Shown: positions 27,428 to 37,241, numbered from the stretch's first letter. The stretch is DNA of 39,787 bases from Bdellovibrionales bacterium (GCA_041690295.1 JAWLHR010000025.1:1-39787), one strand, 5' to 3'. The notes: generated by a model not told the origin, from the sequence alone. Made by a program: numbers and translations.

Positions 27428-29733
27428 GAATTCATACACCTTGGATTGCGGCGGCGTTGGCGGCCTTACTTCTCAGTTGCACGGCGTTGGCTCAATCATC
27501 TTTGACCGATGGCGTGCTGATTAACGCCGATTCCATGTTTCGCGATCTGGAAAAACGGATCGTGCGTCTGGAAGGCAATGTCCAAGTCGTCTTTCAAAGC
27601 CAGCATCTGAGCTGCGAGCGCGCGACCATTGATCTGAAAAAACAAAAAATCATCGCCGAAGGGAACGTCATTCTCACGAGCGACCGGGCCCATGTGGAAG
27701 GCGCGCGCGCCGAATTCAATTACCGGGAAAATACCGGTGTCGTGTTCAAAGGCTTCGTGCAATCCGGTCAGGTGATTTTCGAAGGTGACGTGATCGAAAA
27801 GGTCGGCCCCGATCATTATCTCGCCACCAACGCCCGCTACACCGCTTGTGAAACCTGCCCGCCGGGATGGAGTTTTTCAGGACGACATATCGACGCGGAA
27901 ATCGGCGGTTACGCGCGGATCCGCCGCCCGGTGTTTCGGGTCGGTGGTGTTCCCATCATGATCCTTCCCTCCATTATCGTGCCGCTAAAAAGTTCGCGCC
28001 AATCCGGTTTTCTGGTGCCCACCATGGGTCACTCAAATATCGGTGGTCTCTCGCTGAGTGAAAGTTATTTTTGGGCGATCAGCCGCAGTCAGGACCTCAC
28101 CTTGACGGCGAAGTGGTATGACAAACGGGGGATCAAGACCAACGCCGATTACCGGTATGTGCTCTCCGAAACCAGCAAGGGCCGTTTTCACACCGCTTGG
28201 TCACAGGACCGCGCCTTCACTCGGTTTTTGAAAGATCGAAACCAGTACGACGGAAAGTTCAACCGCTGGATGGTGGACTACGGACATTACTATGAAATGC
28301 CCGATGGTTTCGTGCAACGGATGGACTTGAATATGTCCAGCGACTTGCGCTACCCGCGGGAATATCCCGAGGAATTTCGCGGCCACGGTGATCCGGCTTT
28401 GGAAAACAAGGTTTCGATTTCAAAAACTTCCGACGATCATTTCGGCAGCGTTGAAGCCGTCATGTACACCAATCTCTTAAAATCCTACCCGCTCGCCGAA
28501 AACATCGACGCCGTCCATCGCATGCCTGAAATCAACTACTCGATGAAAGCGCGCGAACTTTGGGAACACGGCCCGCTTTTTCAACTCGACACCAATTTCG
28601 TCAGTTTCGCCCGCAACCGGTACAACTATGATGATCTTGATCCCACCAAGGGCCAAAATAAACTGGGTCCCCTTGGGGAAGTGAAACGTGACGGGCAGTT
28701 CGATCCCCAATACGACATTTTCCGTACCGGACAGCGATTGGATATCAAACCCACTTTGATGTACCCGTTTCAACTCGGGCGAAAACTCGACATTTTACCG
28801 AGCGTGACGTTTCGCAATACCCAATATCGGTTCTATCCCACGGACAGCGCCGAGCAGGCGGGCTTCTCGCCCACGGCCATGCGCTCTTATCTGCAAACGG
28901 ATATCACCGCCCGCACGGAATTTTCTCGGGTGTTCGGCGATTTGTCGGACTCCATGAGCAACCGCTGGAAGCATTCGATCGAGCCCGAAGTGGGTTACTC
29001 GCAAATTCCCTGGGCCCGGCGGCCGAATCATCCGTTTTTCGGTCAATTCCAGGGATTGCAATCTTCACGTCAGTTCGATCCGATCAACGATTCGGATATT
29101 CGTAATTCCAACACCGGCGTGCAGTTCGACTACAATGACCGCACCTTTGAAAAACGGTTGATCAACTTCGCCCTCACCAACCGCCTCACACGCAAGTATT
29201 GGGTGAATGGCGAGCCCGAATACCGAACGGCGGTTTTGTTCCGGCTCAACCAATCCTACGATTTCAAAGAAGCCGAATCGACCACGCCCCACCCCTGGTC
29301 TTCGATCGACGCGCTTTTGGACACCCGCTTCGACCATTTTGAAACCTACACCACGGCCGCATACAACGGTTACGCCAAGGTCACGAACCTGTCTTCCCGG
29401 GTGAAGTTCATGCTCAATCCGAGCAACTATCTGCAGGTCACGTACATTCAAAACTACACCTTCGACGACGAATATCGCGTGACCGGTGAAACCCGTAACA
29501 TCGGTTTTGGTTTGGGAATGATCTCCCGCTACCTAGATGCCACCGGACAAATCGACATGCTGGCCAGAACGTTCGCGGTTCAGTCGTACACTTATCTTTT
29601 AAATATCAAACCGCCGGGTAAATGCTGGAACATCAAGTTCTTGCACACGCAGGTGATCGGTTCCGATGACCGAAGCATTGGCTTTTCATTTGGATTTAAT
29701 TTCGGTGGTGAAAATAACCCGACTCTCTTTTAA
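27424..29733 (+). CDS. lptD: LPS-assembly outer-membrane protein LptD
   Basis: Signal peptide, OstA-like N-domain, YTACETC, RQSGFLVP, YFWAI, C-terminal barrel with CW motif. Confidence 0.92.
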   Translation: MRIHTPWIAAALAALLLSCTALAQSSLTDGVLINADSMFRDLEKRIVRLEGNVQVVFQSQHLSCERATIDLKKQKIIAEGNVILTSDRAHVEGARAEFNYRENTGVVFKGFVQSGQVIFEGDVIEKVGPDHYLATNARYTACETCPPGWSFSGRHIDAEIGGYARIRRPVFRVGGVPIMILPSIIVPLKSSRQSGFLVPTMGHSNIGGLSLSESYFWAISRSQDLTLTAKWYDKRGIKTNADYRYVLSETSKGRFHTAWSQDRAFTRFLKDRNQYDGKFNRWMVDYGHYYEMPDGFVQRMDLNMSSDLRYPREYPEEFRGHGDPALENKVSISKTSDDHFGSVEAVMYTNLLKSYPLAENIDAVHRMPEINYSMKARELWEHGPLFQLDTNFVSFARNRYNYDDLDPTKGQNKLGPLGEVKRDGQFDPQYDIFRTGQRLDIKPTLMYPFQLGRKLDILPSVTFRNTQYRFYPTDSAEQAGFSPTAMRSYLQTDITARTEFSRVFGDLSDSMSNRWKHSIEPEVGYSQIPWARRPNHPFFGQFQGLQSSRQFDPINDSDIRNSNTGVQFDYNDRTFEKRLINFALTNRLTRKYWVNGEPEYRTAVLFRLNQSYDFKEAESTTPHPWSSIDALLDTRFDHFETYTTAAYNGYAKVTNLSSRVKFMLNPSNYLQVTYIQNYTFDDEYRVTGETRNIGFGLGMISRYLDATGQIDMLARTFAVQSYTYLLNIKPPGKCWNIKFLHTQVIGSDDRSIGFSFGFNFGGENNPTLF

Positions 29734-30116
29734 AAGCGCCACGCGGTCCAACTGATTTGGGCGCCGTCCAGATTCCCCGAATCAAACCTTGGCAAAAGAA
29801 CCAACTCTTCTTCCTCAAGATTCTTTTCTTCCATTCCGGGAACCACATAAACCACGTAAAGGCCGAGAAGAATTCCCGTGTATAAACCGATGGAAGCTCC
29901 GCGAGCCACGCGGTTTAAACTTTCTCCCGGTTTGCTGGTGAAGGCGAGTGAGGCCGCGCCGACGAGCGTGCCCGCGAGAACGCCATAGGTGCAACTCATT
30001 ATGAATTCACGACTGGGATTCCCCTGCCGTTCCCCCTCAAGCGATGACTGACCTTGAGTCCAGCCGCGCGAGGGGAGCAAAGCCACGATGAGAACTATTG
30101 CGAGCGAGACACGCAT
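29730..30116 (-). CDS. Hypothetical membrane/exported protein with glycine-zipper-like helices
   Basis: Signal-like N-terminus; YGVLAGTLVGAA and GASIGLYTGILLG helices; ends in aromatic WRF. Confidence 0.8.
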   Translation of the reverse strand: MRVSLAIVLIVALLPSRGWTQGQSSLEGERQGNPSREFIMSCTYGVLAGTLVGAASLAFTSKPGESLNRVARGASIGLYTGILLGLYVVYVVPGMEEKNLEEEELVLLPRFDSGNLDGAQISWTAWRF

Positions 30117-30122
30117 GGAAAC

Positions 30123-30150
30123 AGTGTCCCATATCTCAAATTCCTGTCAA
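30123..30150 (-). promoter_or_regulatory. Candidate sigma70 promoter giving a leaderless transcript
   Basis: Minus strand TTGACA (30150-30145), 16 bp, TGnGACACT (-10 at 30128-30123), then 6 nt to ATG 30116; no SD. Confidence 0.5.
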
Positions 30151-30501
30151 TCCGTCGACCGGCAGGATCTCAATCTCCCGCTCATACACATACGCCATTC
30201 GCATTTCGACCGGCTCGAACTCGGCCAAGAACGAGGCCACACGCATAAGCCTTTTGAACTGTTTTTGGTTTAAGTGGGCGACGCCGCTGGGAGTTTGCGT
30301 TTTCACTTCGATCAAGGTCAAAAGTCCGGAAGGCTGGCGCATCAATAGATCCACCTGGATATGGAAAATGCGCACATCGTGCGCAAGAAGTGACCAGCCA
30401 AGTTTTTGCAAATACCGGGCGGTACGAAGTTCAGAAGTCCTCGCCCGATAAGTCCTCGGGGAGAACGCCGCTGAAGGTTTTTCTGTGGTGGATGCACGCA
30501 C
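30136..30501 (-). CDS. yraN: YraN (UPF0102) family PD-(D/E)xK nuclease-like protein
   Basis: SELRTARYLQKLGWSLL, QVDLL, LIEVKT; usual position after rnhB. Start uncertain: GTG 30501 with GGAG upstream gives 121 aa. Confidence 0.75.
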   Translation of the reverse strand: MRASTTEKPSAAFSPRTYRARTSELRTARYLQKLGWSLLAHDVRIFHIQVDLLMRQPSGLLTLIEVKTQTPSGVAHLNQKQFKRLMRVASFLAEFEPVEMRMAYVYEREIEILPVDGLTGI

Positions 30502-31042
30502 CCATTTGCTCCAAGGCGCGTCGATGTTGAGTGGTGCCGTAGCCTTTGTGCTCGTCAAAGCCATAATGCGGAAACTCCTTGGCGAGTTCACGCATCAACC
30601 GGTCCCGAGTCACTTTGGCCACGATGGATGCGGCGGCGATGTTTTCCAAACGGTCATCACCCTTCACAAACGCGGTTTGTTTAAAGGTGGTGAAATCCGG
30701 AATGACGAATTTTCCATCAATCAGGATATGCCCTGTTTGAACCTGAAGCCCTTCCACCGCGCGCCTCATGGCCAAAAGCGAAGCCTGCAGGATATTGATG
30801 CGGTCAATTTCTTCGACCGTTGCAATTCCCACGGACCACATGTGTTGTGAAATAATTCGCTCGTAGAGTTCTTCGCGCCGCTCTTCGGACAAAAGTTTCG
30901 AATCACGGAAGATCCGGCGCTTGTTGGGCGCGCGCATGATCACGGCGGCCGCAACCACGGGACCAGCCAGGCAACCTCTCCCCGCTTCATCGACACCGAT
31001 GACCGGGGCGGGTTCAAAAGCAGTCCAATCTAAGCGACGCAA
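30431..31042 (-). CDS. rnhB: Ribonuclease HII
   Basis: GVDEAGRGCLAGPV, DSKLL, LIDG, KGD, IAAASIVAKVTRD, HKGYGT. Confidence 0.97.
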   Translation of the reverse strand: MRRLDWTAFEPAPVIGVDEAGRGCLAGPVVAAAVIMRAPNKRRIFRDSKLLSEERREELYERIISQHMWSVGIATVEEIDRINILQASLLAMRRAVEGLQVQTGHILIDGKFVIPDFTTFKQTAFVKGDDRLENIAAASIVAKVTRDRLMRELAKEFPHYGFDEHKGYGTTQHRRALEQMGACIHHRKTFSGVLPEDLSGEDF

Positions 31043-31045
31043 AAC

Positions 31046-31501
31046 TTAAGCTTGAGGTTTTGTTTCGGTTTCAGCGGCGGGAGCGGCTTCAGCTGTGGGT
31101 TCCGGTGTTTGGATTTCATCGGCGGCGCCAACGGCATCCGTTTCACCGTAATAAAGTTCGCTATCGAGACGAGCCGAGCGACCACGCAAGCCGCGGAGAT
31201 AAAACAAACGGGAGCGGCGAACTTTACCGCGGGAAATCAGTTCCACGCGATCAATGGCCGGCGAAAGAACCGGAAAGGTCCGTTCCACACCCACGCCACT
31301 CGACATTTTACGGACTGTGAAAGTGCGATCCGCCCCACGACCTTGCACCTTGATCACAACACCCGAAAACAACTGAACCCGTTCTTTTTCGCCCTCTTTG
31401 ACTTTGACGTACACGCCCACGGTGTCGCCGGTTCGAAAATCAGGTAAATTCTTTTTAGTTTTGATTCGATCCCATGTGATCCGGCGGATTAAATCGGACA
31501 T
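31046..31501 (-). CDS. rplS: 50S ribosomal protein L19 with acidic C-terminal tail
   Basis: [46 protein letters not shown] before ATG 31501. Confidence 0.97.
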   Translation of the reverse strand: MSDLIRRITWDRIKTKKNLPDFRTGDTVGVYVKVKEGEKERVQLFSGVVIKVQGRGADRTFTVRKMSSGVGVERTFPVLSPAIDRVELISRGKVRRSRLFYLRGLRGRSARLDSELYYGETDAVGAADEIQTPEPTAEAAPAAETETKPQA

Positions 31502-31554
31502 GACGCACTCCAAACGTTATACGAACCTGTGGTTTCCACAGCGAAACTCCGGAT

Positions 31555-32124
31555 TTACCAGCTACCCAATAGCCGGTCAAGAACGATGCTGACAGCCGAG
31601 CGGACGGACAGATGGCGATAATCGTCCTTTGAGGCGCCTTTTAAAGGCTCCAGAAGCCAATCGGCCTGCTCCAGGACCTGATCCCCTAGGCCAAATCCGG
31701 TGCCGAAGACCAGCAGATAGTCCCCCGGCTCTTCCCAGACCCTCTGGCGCAGGTCGCGAAAACCGATCCGGGGAATGCCCAATTCCCGGGCCGAGGTGGC
31801 GATGACCACCGGCTTTTGGGGGAAGGCACGGAGAACCTCCTCCAGAGTGGGTTTGAGCTCCACCATATTCAACGCCGTCTTTCGCTTGGGGTTGTACTCC
31901 GACCCCACTCCCAGCCGCCAATGTTCAAGAACCCGAGCCACGAAACTCAGCTGCTCTTCCATTTTATTCACGATGAAGTAGCGCTCGACCCCGTATGTGC
32001 GCGAAGCCCGGGCGATGTCGTGAATATCGAAATTTGTAACATTAGTGCAGACCGTGTTCTTGGCCCGGTCATAAACCGGCCAATGAACAAGCGCCACATG
32101 CAAACGCCCAACAGGAAAACTCAT
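31555..32124 (-). CDS. SPOUT RNA methyltransferase (Tm1570/DUF2168-like)
   Basis: VALVHWPV, TNVTNFDIHDIAR, LLVFGTGFGL, YRHLSVRSAVSIVLDRL; 4-bp overlap with trmD. Confidence 0.9.
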   Translation of the reverse strand: MSFPVGRLHVALVHWPVYDRAKNTVCTNVTNFDIHDIARASRTYGVERYFIVNKMEEQLSFVARVLEHWRLGVGSEYNPKRKTALNMVELKPTLEEVLRAFPQKPVVIATSARELGIPRIGFRDLRQRVWEEPGDYLLVFGTGFGLGDQVLEQADWLLEPLKGASKDDYRHLSVRSAVSIVLDRLLGSW

Positions 32125-32900
32125 TTCAATTCCTCAAGCGCGGCGCGCGTGAATCCCATCGCCGCCAACTCCGGATCACTCAATCGGCTGAGCTCCCTTG
32201 CCGCTTGCCTGATCTTTTCCTTTTTTGCCGAGACTAAATCCGGCCGCCGTAAGGCTGTGTTCACCAAAGCCGCGGCACTCTGAAACGCGGCGATTTCCTC
32301 ATGGTGGCCGCTGAGCAAGGGGGCTGGTACCGGAAGACCTTCCCACTCGCGGGGGCGGGTGAACTGAGGGGCTTCCAGCAGCTCTTCGCTGAAGCTGTCG
32401 CGAACCGGGGAAAGTTCATTGCCCAAAACGCCAGGAAGCAAGCGGGTCACCGACTCCACTAGACTTAATGCGGCCAATTCCCCGCCGTTCAATACAAAGT
32501 CACCCAGTGAAATTTCCTCGTCGGCGTATTTCACGATGAACCGCTGATCGATGCCCGCGTAACGGCCACAAACCAGAATCTTTGTTCCACCTTCCTCGGC
32601 CCAAGCGCGGGCTTTCGCCTGCGTCCACTTTTCACCTTGGGGAGAAAGAACCACCACGCGGGCGGGACCCTTTGCGCGGATATGTCCGATCGCCGCCACC
32701 AGGGGTTCAGGTTTCATGACCATCCCATCACCGCCACCGAAGGCCCGATCATCGACGGTCTTATGGACATCTTGGGTGAAATCGCGGGGGTTCACGGTGG
32801 AAATCCCCACAATCCCCCGATCCCGGGCGCTTCCCAAAAGACCCTCACGGCAATAATCCTCGATTAGCCGGGGGAACAAAGTGACAATTTCAAAATTCAT
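32121..32900 (-). CDS. trmD: tRNA (guanine-N1)-methyltransferase
   Basis: VTLFP, VDDRAFGGGDGMVM, LSPQG, CGRYAGID, SLGDFVLNGGE, LLSGHH. Confidence 0.97.
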   Translation of the reverse strand: MNFEIVTLFPRLIEDYCREGLLGSARDRGIVGISTVNPRDFTQDVHKTVDDRAFGGGDGMVMKPEPLVAAIGHIRAKGPARVVVLSPQGEKWTQAKARAWAEEGGTKILVCGRYAGIDQRFIVKYADEEISLGDFVLNGGELAALSLVESVTRLLPGVLGNELSPVRDSFSEELLEAPQFTRPREWEGLPVPAPLLSGHHEEIAAFQSAAALVNTALRRPDLVSAKKEKIRQAARELSRLSDPELAAMGFTRAALEELK

Positions 32901-33442
32901 TCTTCCTCAACCGTCAGCAGACCGGGAGGAAGATCCATCTTGAGCTGCCTTTTGTCAAAATCAATGCTGAGAATGAAGGCATCCACGAAGGGCACCAAAG
33001 CCTCGGTCCCATTTGGCGTTGCAACCCGCAAGAGGTCTTGAGGACCATTGGTGGCGAACCCCACCACCCGGCCAACCGAATTTTCACCATCCAAAACCTC
33101 GAAATTCAGAATCTGATGTAAAAACACCCGTTCACCCGGCGGACTCACTAAAGCGTCCTCGTGGATAAACACTTTGGCTTTACGCCAAGGTTCGGCGGCG
33201 GTTCGATCGGGAATCCCTTTAAGGCTAACGATCAGACCTTCTTTGAACGGTCGGGCCTTGAGAATTTCAAAGGGGCTCAAATCCTGATCACCGAGCTTTT
33301 CCAGGAATAATTTGTCTGCGGATTCGAGCCAGTCAGCGGATTTTGCGAATAATTGTACGTAGAGTTCACCCCGCAGGCCGTGGGCGTCTTTCACCCAGCC
33401 TACGTGGTGGTAAGAAGATCTATTCGACGATTTCGAGGACAC
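32897..33442 (-). CDS. rimM: Ribosome maturation factor RimM
   Basis: [36 protein letters not shown]; conserved operon position; start approximate. Confidence 0.95.
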   Translation of the reverse strand: MSSKSSNRSSYHHVGWVKDAHGLRGELYVQLFAKSADWLESADKLFLEKLGDQDLSPFEILKARPFKEGLIVSLKGIPDRTAAEPWRKAKVFIHEDALVSPPGERVFLHQILNFEVLDGENSVGRVVGFATNGPQDLLRVATPNGTEALVPFVDAFILSIDFDKRQLKMDLPPGLLTVEEE

Positions 33443-33665
33443 TGCGTTTATGCAGTTTAGTGCTAGCGGCGTTCAAGATAGTGCGCATGGAGCGGGCAGT
33501 ACGGCCTTGCTTGCCGATGACTTTACCTAAATCCTCCTTGGCCACCTTGAGTTCAACCACCGTCGTTTGCTCACCGACGACTTCGTTGACTTCAACTTCT
33601 TCAGGCTTATCAACGAGCGACTTCGCCATAAATTCAACTAGATCTTTTAGCGACGACGGATCCAT
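33420..33665 (-). CDS. khpA: KH-domain RNA-binding protein KhpA
   Basis: [36 protein letters not shown]. Confidence 0.95.
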   Translation of the reverse strand: MDPSSLKDLVEFMAKSLVDKPEEVEVNEVVGEQTTVVELKVAKEDLGKVIGKQGRTARSMRTILNAASTKLHKRSVLEIVE

Positions 33666-33743
33666 TCATTCACCTCATGATGATTATTCTCTGTGTGATT
33701 ATGCGTTTAGTATATCGTAAACATCAAGGCTGAAGCAAAAACA

Positions 33744-33992
33744 CTAGGCTTTAGCTTGCGCTTTTCTCAGGAGACTTTTCACGCGGTCCGAAGGTTGTGC
33801 ACCCTTAGCGATCCAAGCTTGAATTTTCTCCATATCAACGTTGAACTCAACCTCACCGCCTTGCGGTTGCGGGTTATAATAACCAACAACTTCAATACAT
33901 TTCCCGCCCAACCATCGACGTTGATCAGCGACAGTGACTCTGTATCTGGGACTATGCTTTTTTCCGAAACGAGCAAGCCGGATAACGACCAT
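33744..33992 (-). CDS. rpsP: 30S ribosomal protein S16
   Basis: MVVIRLARFGKK, IEVVGYYNP, GAQPSDRV; SD AAGGAG. Confidence 0.97.
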   Translation of the reverse strand: MVVIRLARFGKKHSPRYRVTVADQRRWLGGKCIEVVGYYNPQPQGGEVEFNVDMEKIQAWIAKGAQPSDRVKSLLRKAQAKA

Positions 33993-34037
33993 TTCGCAAC
34001 TCTCCTTAAAATCACGAGTTTAAGATAACTTGAACTC

Positions 34038-34046
34038 ATTCTAACA
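34038..34046 (-). promoter_or_regulatory. Candidate extended -10 promoter of the rpsP operon
   Basis: Minus strand TGTTAGAAT (TGn-TAGAAT) about 45 nt upstream of rpsP in an AT-rich gap. Confidence 0.45.
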
Positions 34047-34120
34047 GCAAAGATTACTGGGATTACATCGGTTTTTTTTGGAGAGCAACAGAATAACGCG
34101 TATGAGAAGCTAACGCCGGG

Positions 34121-35455
34121 CTAAAAGAGACCTCGACCTCCGCCCCGGCCGCCAAGACCCATACGCATGAACTGGGACATCATTTTTTGCGCTTGCGTGA
34201 ACTGCTCCACCAGTCGGTTGATATCCTTGACTTCAGTGCCCGATCCTTGGGCGATCCGTAAACGGCGCGACCCGTTTAAAATCTTTGGATTTCTCCGCTC
34301 ATCCGGGGTCATCGAACGAATGATGGCCTCGATTTTCTTAAGCTCTTTATCGGGCGGTGCCATATTTTTAATCTGTTTGGTTAATCCGCCCATTCCAGGA
34401 ATCAACTTCATTAAGCTTTCAATTCCGCCCATCTTTTTCATCATTTGGATCTGGGATAAGAAATCCTCCAATGTGAACGCGGCCTTAGCCATTTTCTTGG
34501 CGGACTCGCGAGCGGTCTTCTCATCGATCACTTCCTGGGCCTTTTCAACTAAGGAGAGAACATCCCCCATGCCCAGAATTCTTCCGGCCAGCCGATCGGG
34601 ATGAAAAACCTCAAGGTTTCCAACCTTTTCACCCACACCAAGGAATTTAATGGGCACACCGGTGGCGGCCCGGATGCTTAAGGCCGCACCACCCCGGGCA
34701 TCCCCGTCCACCTTGGTCAGGATCAACCCTGATAAACCAAGCCTTTGATGAAACCCTTCGGCCACTTGCACGCTCTGTTGCCCCAACATGGCGTCCGCCA
34801 CAAGGACGACCTCGTTCGGCGGCCAGGCCGCTTTCAACGCCTCAAGTTCGGTCATCAAAGCGTCATCGATCTGGAGCCGTCCGGCCGTATCGACGATAAC
34901 AACTTCGACCATTTCACGTTTGGCCCATTCCTTCGCCTGCTCGACGACCTCCGTGGCCTTCATCGAACTCTGAGTGGGAAAAACCGGAACATTGTTTTGC
35001 TTGGCCAAAATAGTCAGCTGTTCGATCGCCGCCGGTCGCTGAACGTCGGCCGGAACCAATCCGGGCTTTTTCTTTAACTTCTGCCGAACAAATAAAGAAA
35101 GCTTGGCCGCGGTGGTGGTTTTACCAACCCCTTGCAATCCCACAAGGAGAATAACGGCCGGCTCGCCGCGAACATTCAACTCCTGCGCCTCGGCGCCGAG
35201 CATTCGCACAAGCTCATCGTGGACGATTTTAACAAATTGCTGGCCGGCGGAAAGGCTTCCCAATACCTCCTGACCGAGCGCTTTGGTTTTAACCTCATCG
35301 AGGAAGGACTTGACGACTTTGAAATTAACGTCGGCTTCCAACAAGCTCAGGCGAATTTCTTTAAGCGCTTCTTCAATGTTTTTTTCCGTGATCCGCGCCT
35401 GGCCTCTGACCTTTTTTAATGTTGAAGTCAATTTGTCGGAAAGCGTTTCAAACAT
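34121..35455 (-). CDS. ffh: Signal recognition particle protein
   Basis: LLEADV, GLQGVGKTTT, DTAGR, TKVDGDARGGAALS, Met-rich M domain with SRRLRIAQGSG. Confidence 0.98.
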   Translation of the reverse strand: MFETLSDKLTSTLKKVRGQARITEKNIEEALKEIRLSLLEADVNFKVVKSFLDEVKTKALGQEVLGSLSAGQQFVKIVHDELVRMLGAEAQELNVRGEPAVILLVGLQGVGKTTTAAKLSLFVRQKLKKKPGLVPADVQRPAAIEQLTILAKQNNVPVFPTQSSMKATEVVEQAKEWAKREMVEVVIVDTAGRLQIDDALMTELEALKAAWPPNEVVLVADAMLGQQSVQVAEGFHQRLGLSGLILTKVDGDARGGAALSIRAATGVPIKFLGVGEKVGNLEVFHPDRLAGRILGMGDVLSLVEKAQEVIDEKTARESAKKMAKAAFTLEDFLSQIQMMKKMGGIESLMKLIPGMGGLTKQIKNMAPPDKELKKIEAIIRSMTPDERRNPKILNGSRRLRIAQGSGTEVKDINRLVEQFTQAQKMMSQFMRMGLGGRGGGRGLF

Positions 35456-35458
35456 TCA

Positions 35459-36256
35459 TCACCACCGGTGAAAACTCCCTTTTTTCAAACTCAGGAGCGC
35501 CAAAAGCGAGGTCGCGATCACCGCGACTGTCGTCACCATCAAGGCGGTGAGCCAATCGACGTCGCTTTGCCCCAAAATCCCGTAACGAACCCCGTTTATC
35601 ATATAAAGCAGCGGATTGGCCATCGCGACGGACCGCCAAAACGGCGGCAAATGATCAATGGAGAAGAAAACTCCTCCCAAATAAATCAAAGGCAGCAGAA
35701 TGAAGCCGCCAACGGCGCTCATTTGATCGAACGTACGCGCCCAAAACCCCACGGCGATGCCGATATTGGCGAAAACGAATCCACCAAGAGCCAGAAACAG
35801 AATCAAAGCCGGCCAGTGCTCGACTTTGAGAAACTCACCAAAAACCAAGTAATAAGCCACCTCACCCATGAGCCAAGTGATCGCCGCCACCATGAATCCA
35901 CGGATCAAAGCGCCCAAACCCATCGCGGTGAGAATCTGCCAGTTGGCCACCGGCGCGGCCTTCAGGTCTTCCAGCTCGCCACCGAATTTGGCGGCGATGA
36001 TCGAACTCGAGGTGTTTTGAAAGGCATTGTTCAAGCAACCCATGGTCACCAGTCCCGGAATCAAAAAGGCGAGATAGGGCAGATCTTCTTTAAAGGAAAT
36101 CCTTTGGCCGAGGCTGACACCGAAAATCATCAGGTAAAGCGACGAACTCACAAAGGGCGTGATCACGGTTTGAGTCGCCACTTTCATGAACCGCGCGACT
36201 TCGCGATGAAGGAGCGCCTTGAGAGGGACGAAAATCGGATCGATGGTGGCCATCAC
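35459..36256 (-). CDS. ABC-2 type transporter permease (YadH-like)
   Basis: REVARF, YLAFLIPGL, LGGVFFSI, NPLLYMINGVRYG; six TMs. Confidence 0.93.
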   Translation of the reverse strand: MMATIDPIFVPLKALLHREVARFMKVATQTVITPFVSSSLYLMIFGVSLGQRISFKEDLPYLAFLIPGLVTMGCLNNAFQNTSSSIIAAKFGGELEDLKAAPVANWQILTAMGLGALIRGFMVAAITWLMGEVAYYLVFGEFLKVEHWPALILFLALGGFVFANIGIAVGFWARTFDQMSAVGGFILLPLIYLGGVFFSIDHLPPFWRSVAMANPLLYMINGVRYGILGQSDVDWLTALMVTTVAVIATSLLALLSLKKGSFHRW

Positions 36257-37158
36257 TGCACCTCGGCTTTGGTGAAATGAACAAAGACGTCTTCCAAACT
36301 TCCCTCCGTCACGTGCACGTCCATGATGTCATCCGACGGGATCTTGAGTTCGGACAACAAGAGTCCCAAGGGTTTATCCATCTCCATGGTGAACACCCAT
36401 TCTTTCTCCTGCCCGCGCACCAGACCCGGATGCTGTAAATTGGAATAAGGCTTATTCAGTTTCAGTGTGACGTATTTGCGCGTCCAACTGCGGATCAGAT
36501 CATGGGTGTTACCGACCGCCCGCAGCTGACCATGGTTAATGATGGCGACCCGATCGCATAATCTTTCGGCCTCTTCCAAATAGTGGGTCGTGAGAAGGAT
36601 CGACAACCCCCGCCGCTTGAGTTCCGAGATGTAACTCCATAACTTAAACCGCAACTCCACATCCACGCCGGCGGTGGGTTCATCCAGGAGTAAGAGTTTG
36701 GGATCGTGCACGAGGGCTTTGGCGATCATCAGCCGCCGCTTCATACCGCCGCTCAATTGCCGCACTTTTTTCTCTCGGTGTTCCATTAAATCCAGATCTC
36801 GCAGTAGCTGCTGGATGCGATCTTCGGCATCGCGAACCCCGTAAAATCCGGCGTGGAAGCGTAAGATTTCAAGCACCGAAAAATAGCCGTGATTGATCAC
36901 CTCTTGTGGCACCCAACCCACCAGACTTTTGGCTCTGCGCGAGTGGCTATTGACCGATTCGCCGAACAATCGCACCTCGCCCGAGGTGGCCTTTTCAAGG
37001 GTCACTATGATGGAAATCAGCGACGTTTTGCCCGCCCCGTTGGGGCCCAGCAGACCGAACACTTCCCCGGATTTGACTGAAAATGAGACATCACGCAGGG
37101 CTTGCACGGCGGAGTTATAACGCTTGCTTAGATTAACGACGCACAAAGGATCATGCAT
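36253..37158 (-). CDS. ABC transporter ATP-binding protein (YadG-like)
   Basis: GPNGAGKT, LSGGMKRR, LLLDEPTAGVD, TTHYLEEAE; start taken at ATG 37158. Confidence 0.95.
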   Translation of the reverse strand: MHDPLCVVNLSKRYNSAVQALRDVSFSVKSGEVFGLLGPNGAGKTSLISIIVTLEKATSGEVRLFGESVNSHSRRAKSLVGWVPQEVINHGYFSVLEILRFHAGFYGVRDAEDRIQQLLRDLDLMEHREKKVRQLSGGMKRRLMIAKALVHDPKLLLLDEPTAGVDVELRFKLWSYISELKRRGLSILLTTHYLEEAERLCDRVAIINHGQLRAVGNTHDLIRSWTRKYVTLKLNKPYSNLQHPGLVRGQEKEWVFTMEMDKPLGLLLSELKIPSDDIMDVHVTEGSLEDVFVHFTKAEVQ

Positions 37159-37205
37159 TCCTTTGACCCTACACCGATCCGAAGTCCAGGCCAAGCCAAT
37201 CGGAC

Positions 37206-37233
37206 TACACGAATCTGGGTAATCCGCCGATAA
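37206..37233 (+). promoter_or_regulatory. Candidate sigma28 (FliA) promoter
   Basis: Perfect GCCGATAA at 37226-37233 with TACA 16 bp upstream; ATG follows 8 nt later. Confidence 0.55.
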
Positions 37234-37241
37234 AAACCATT

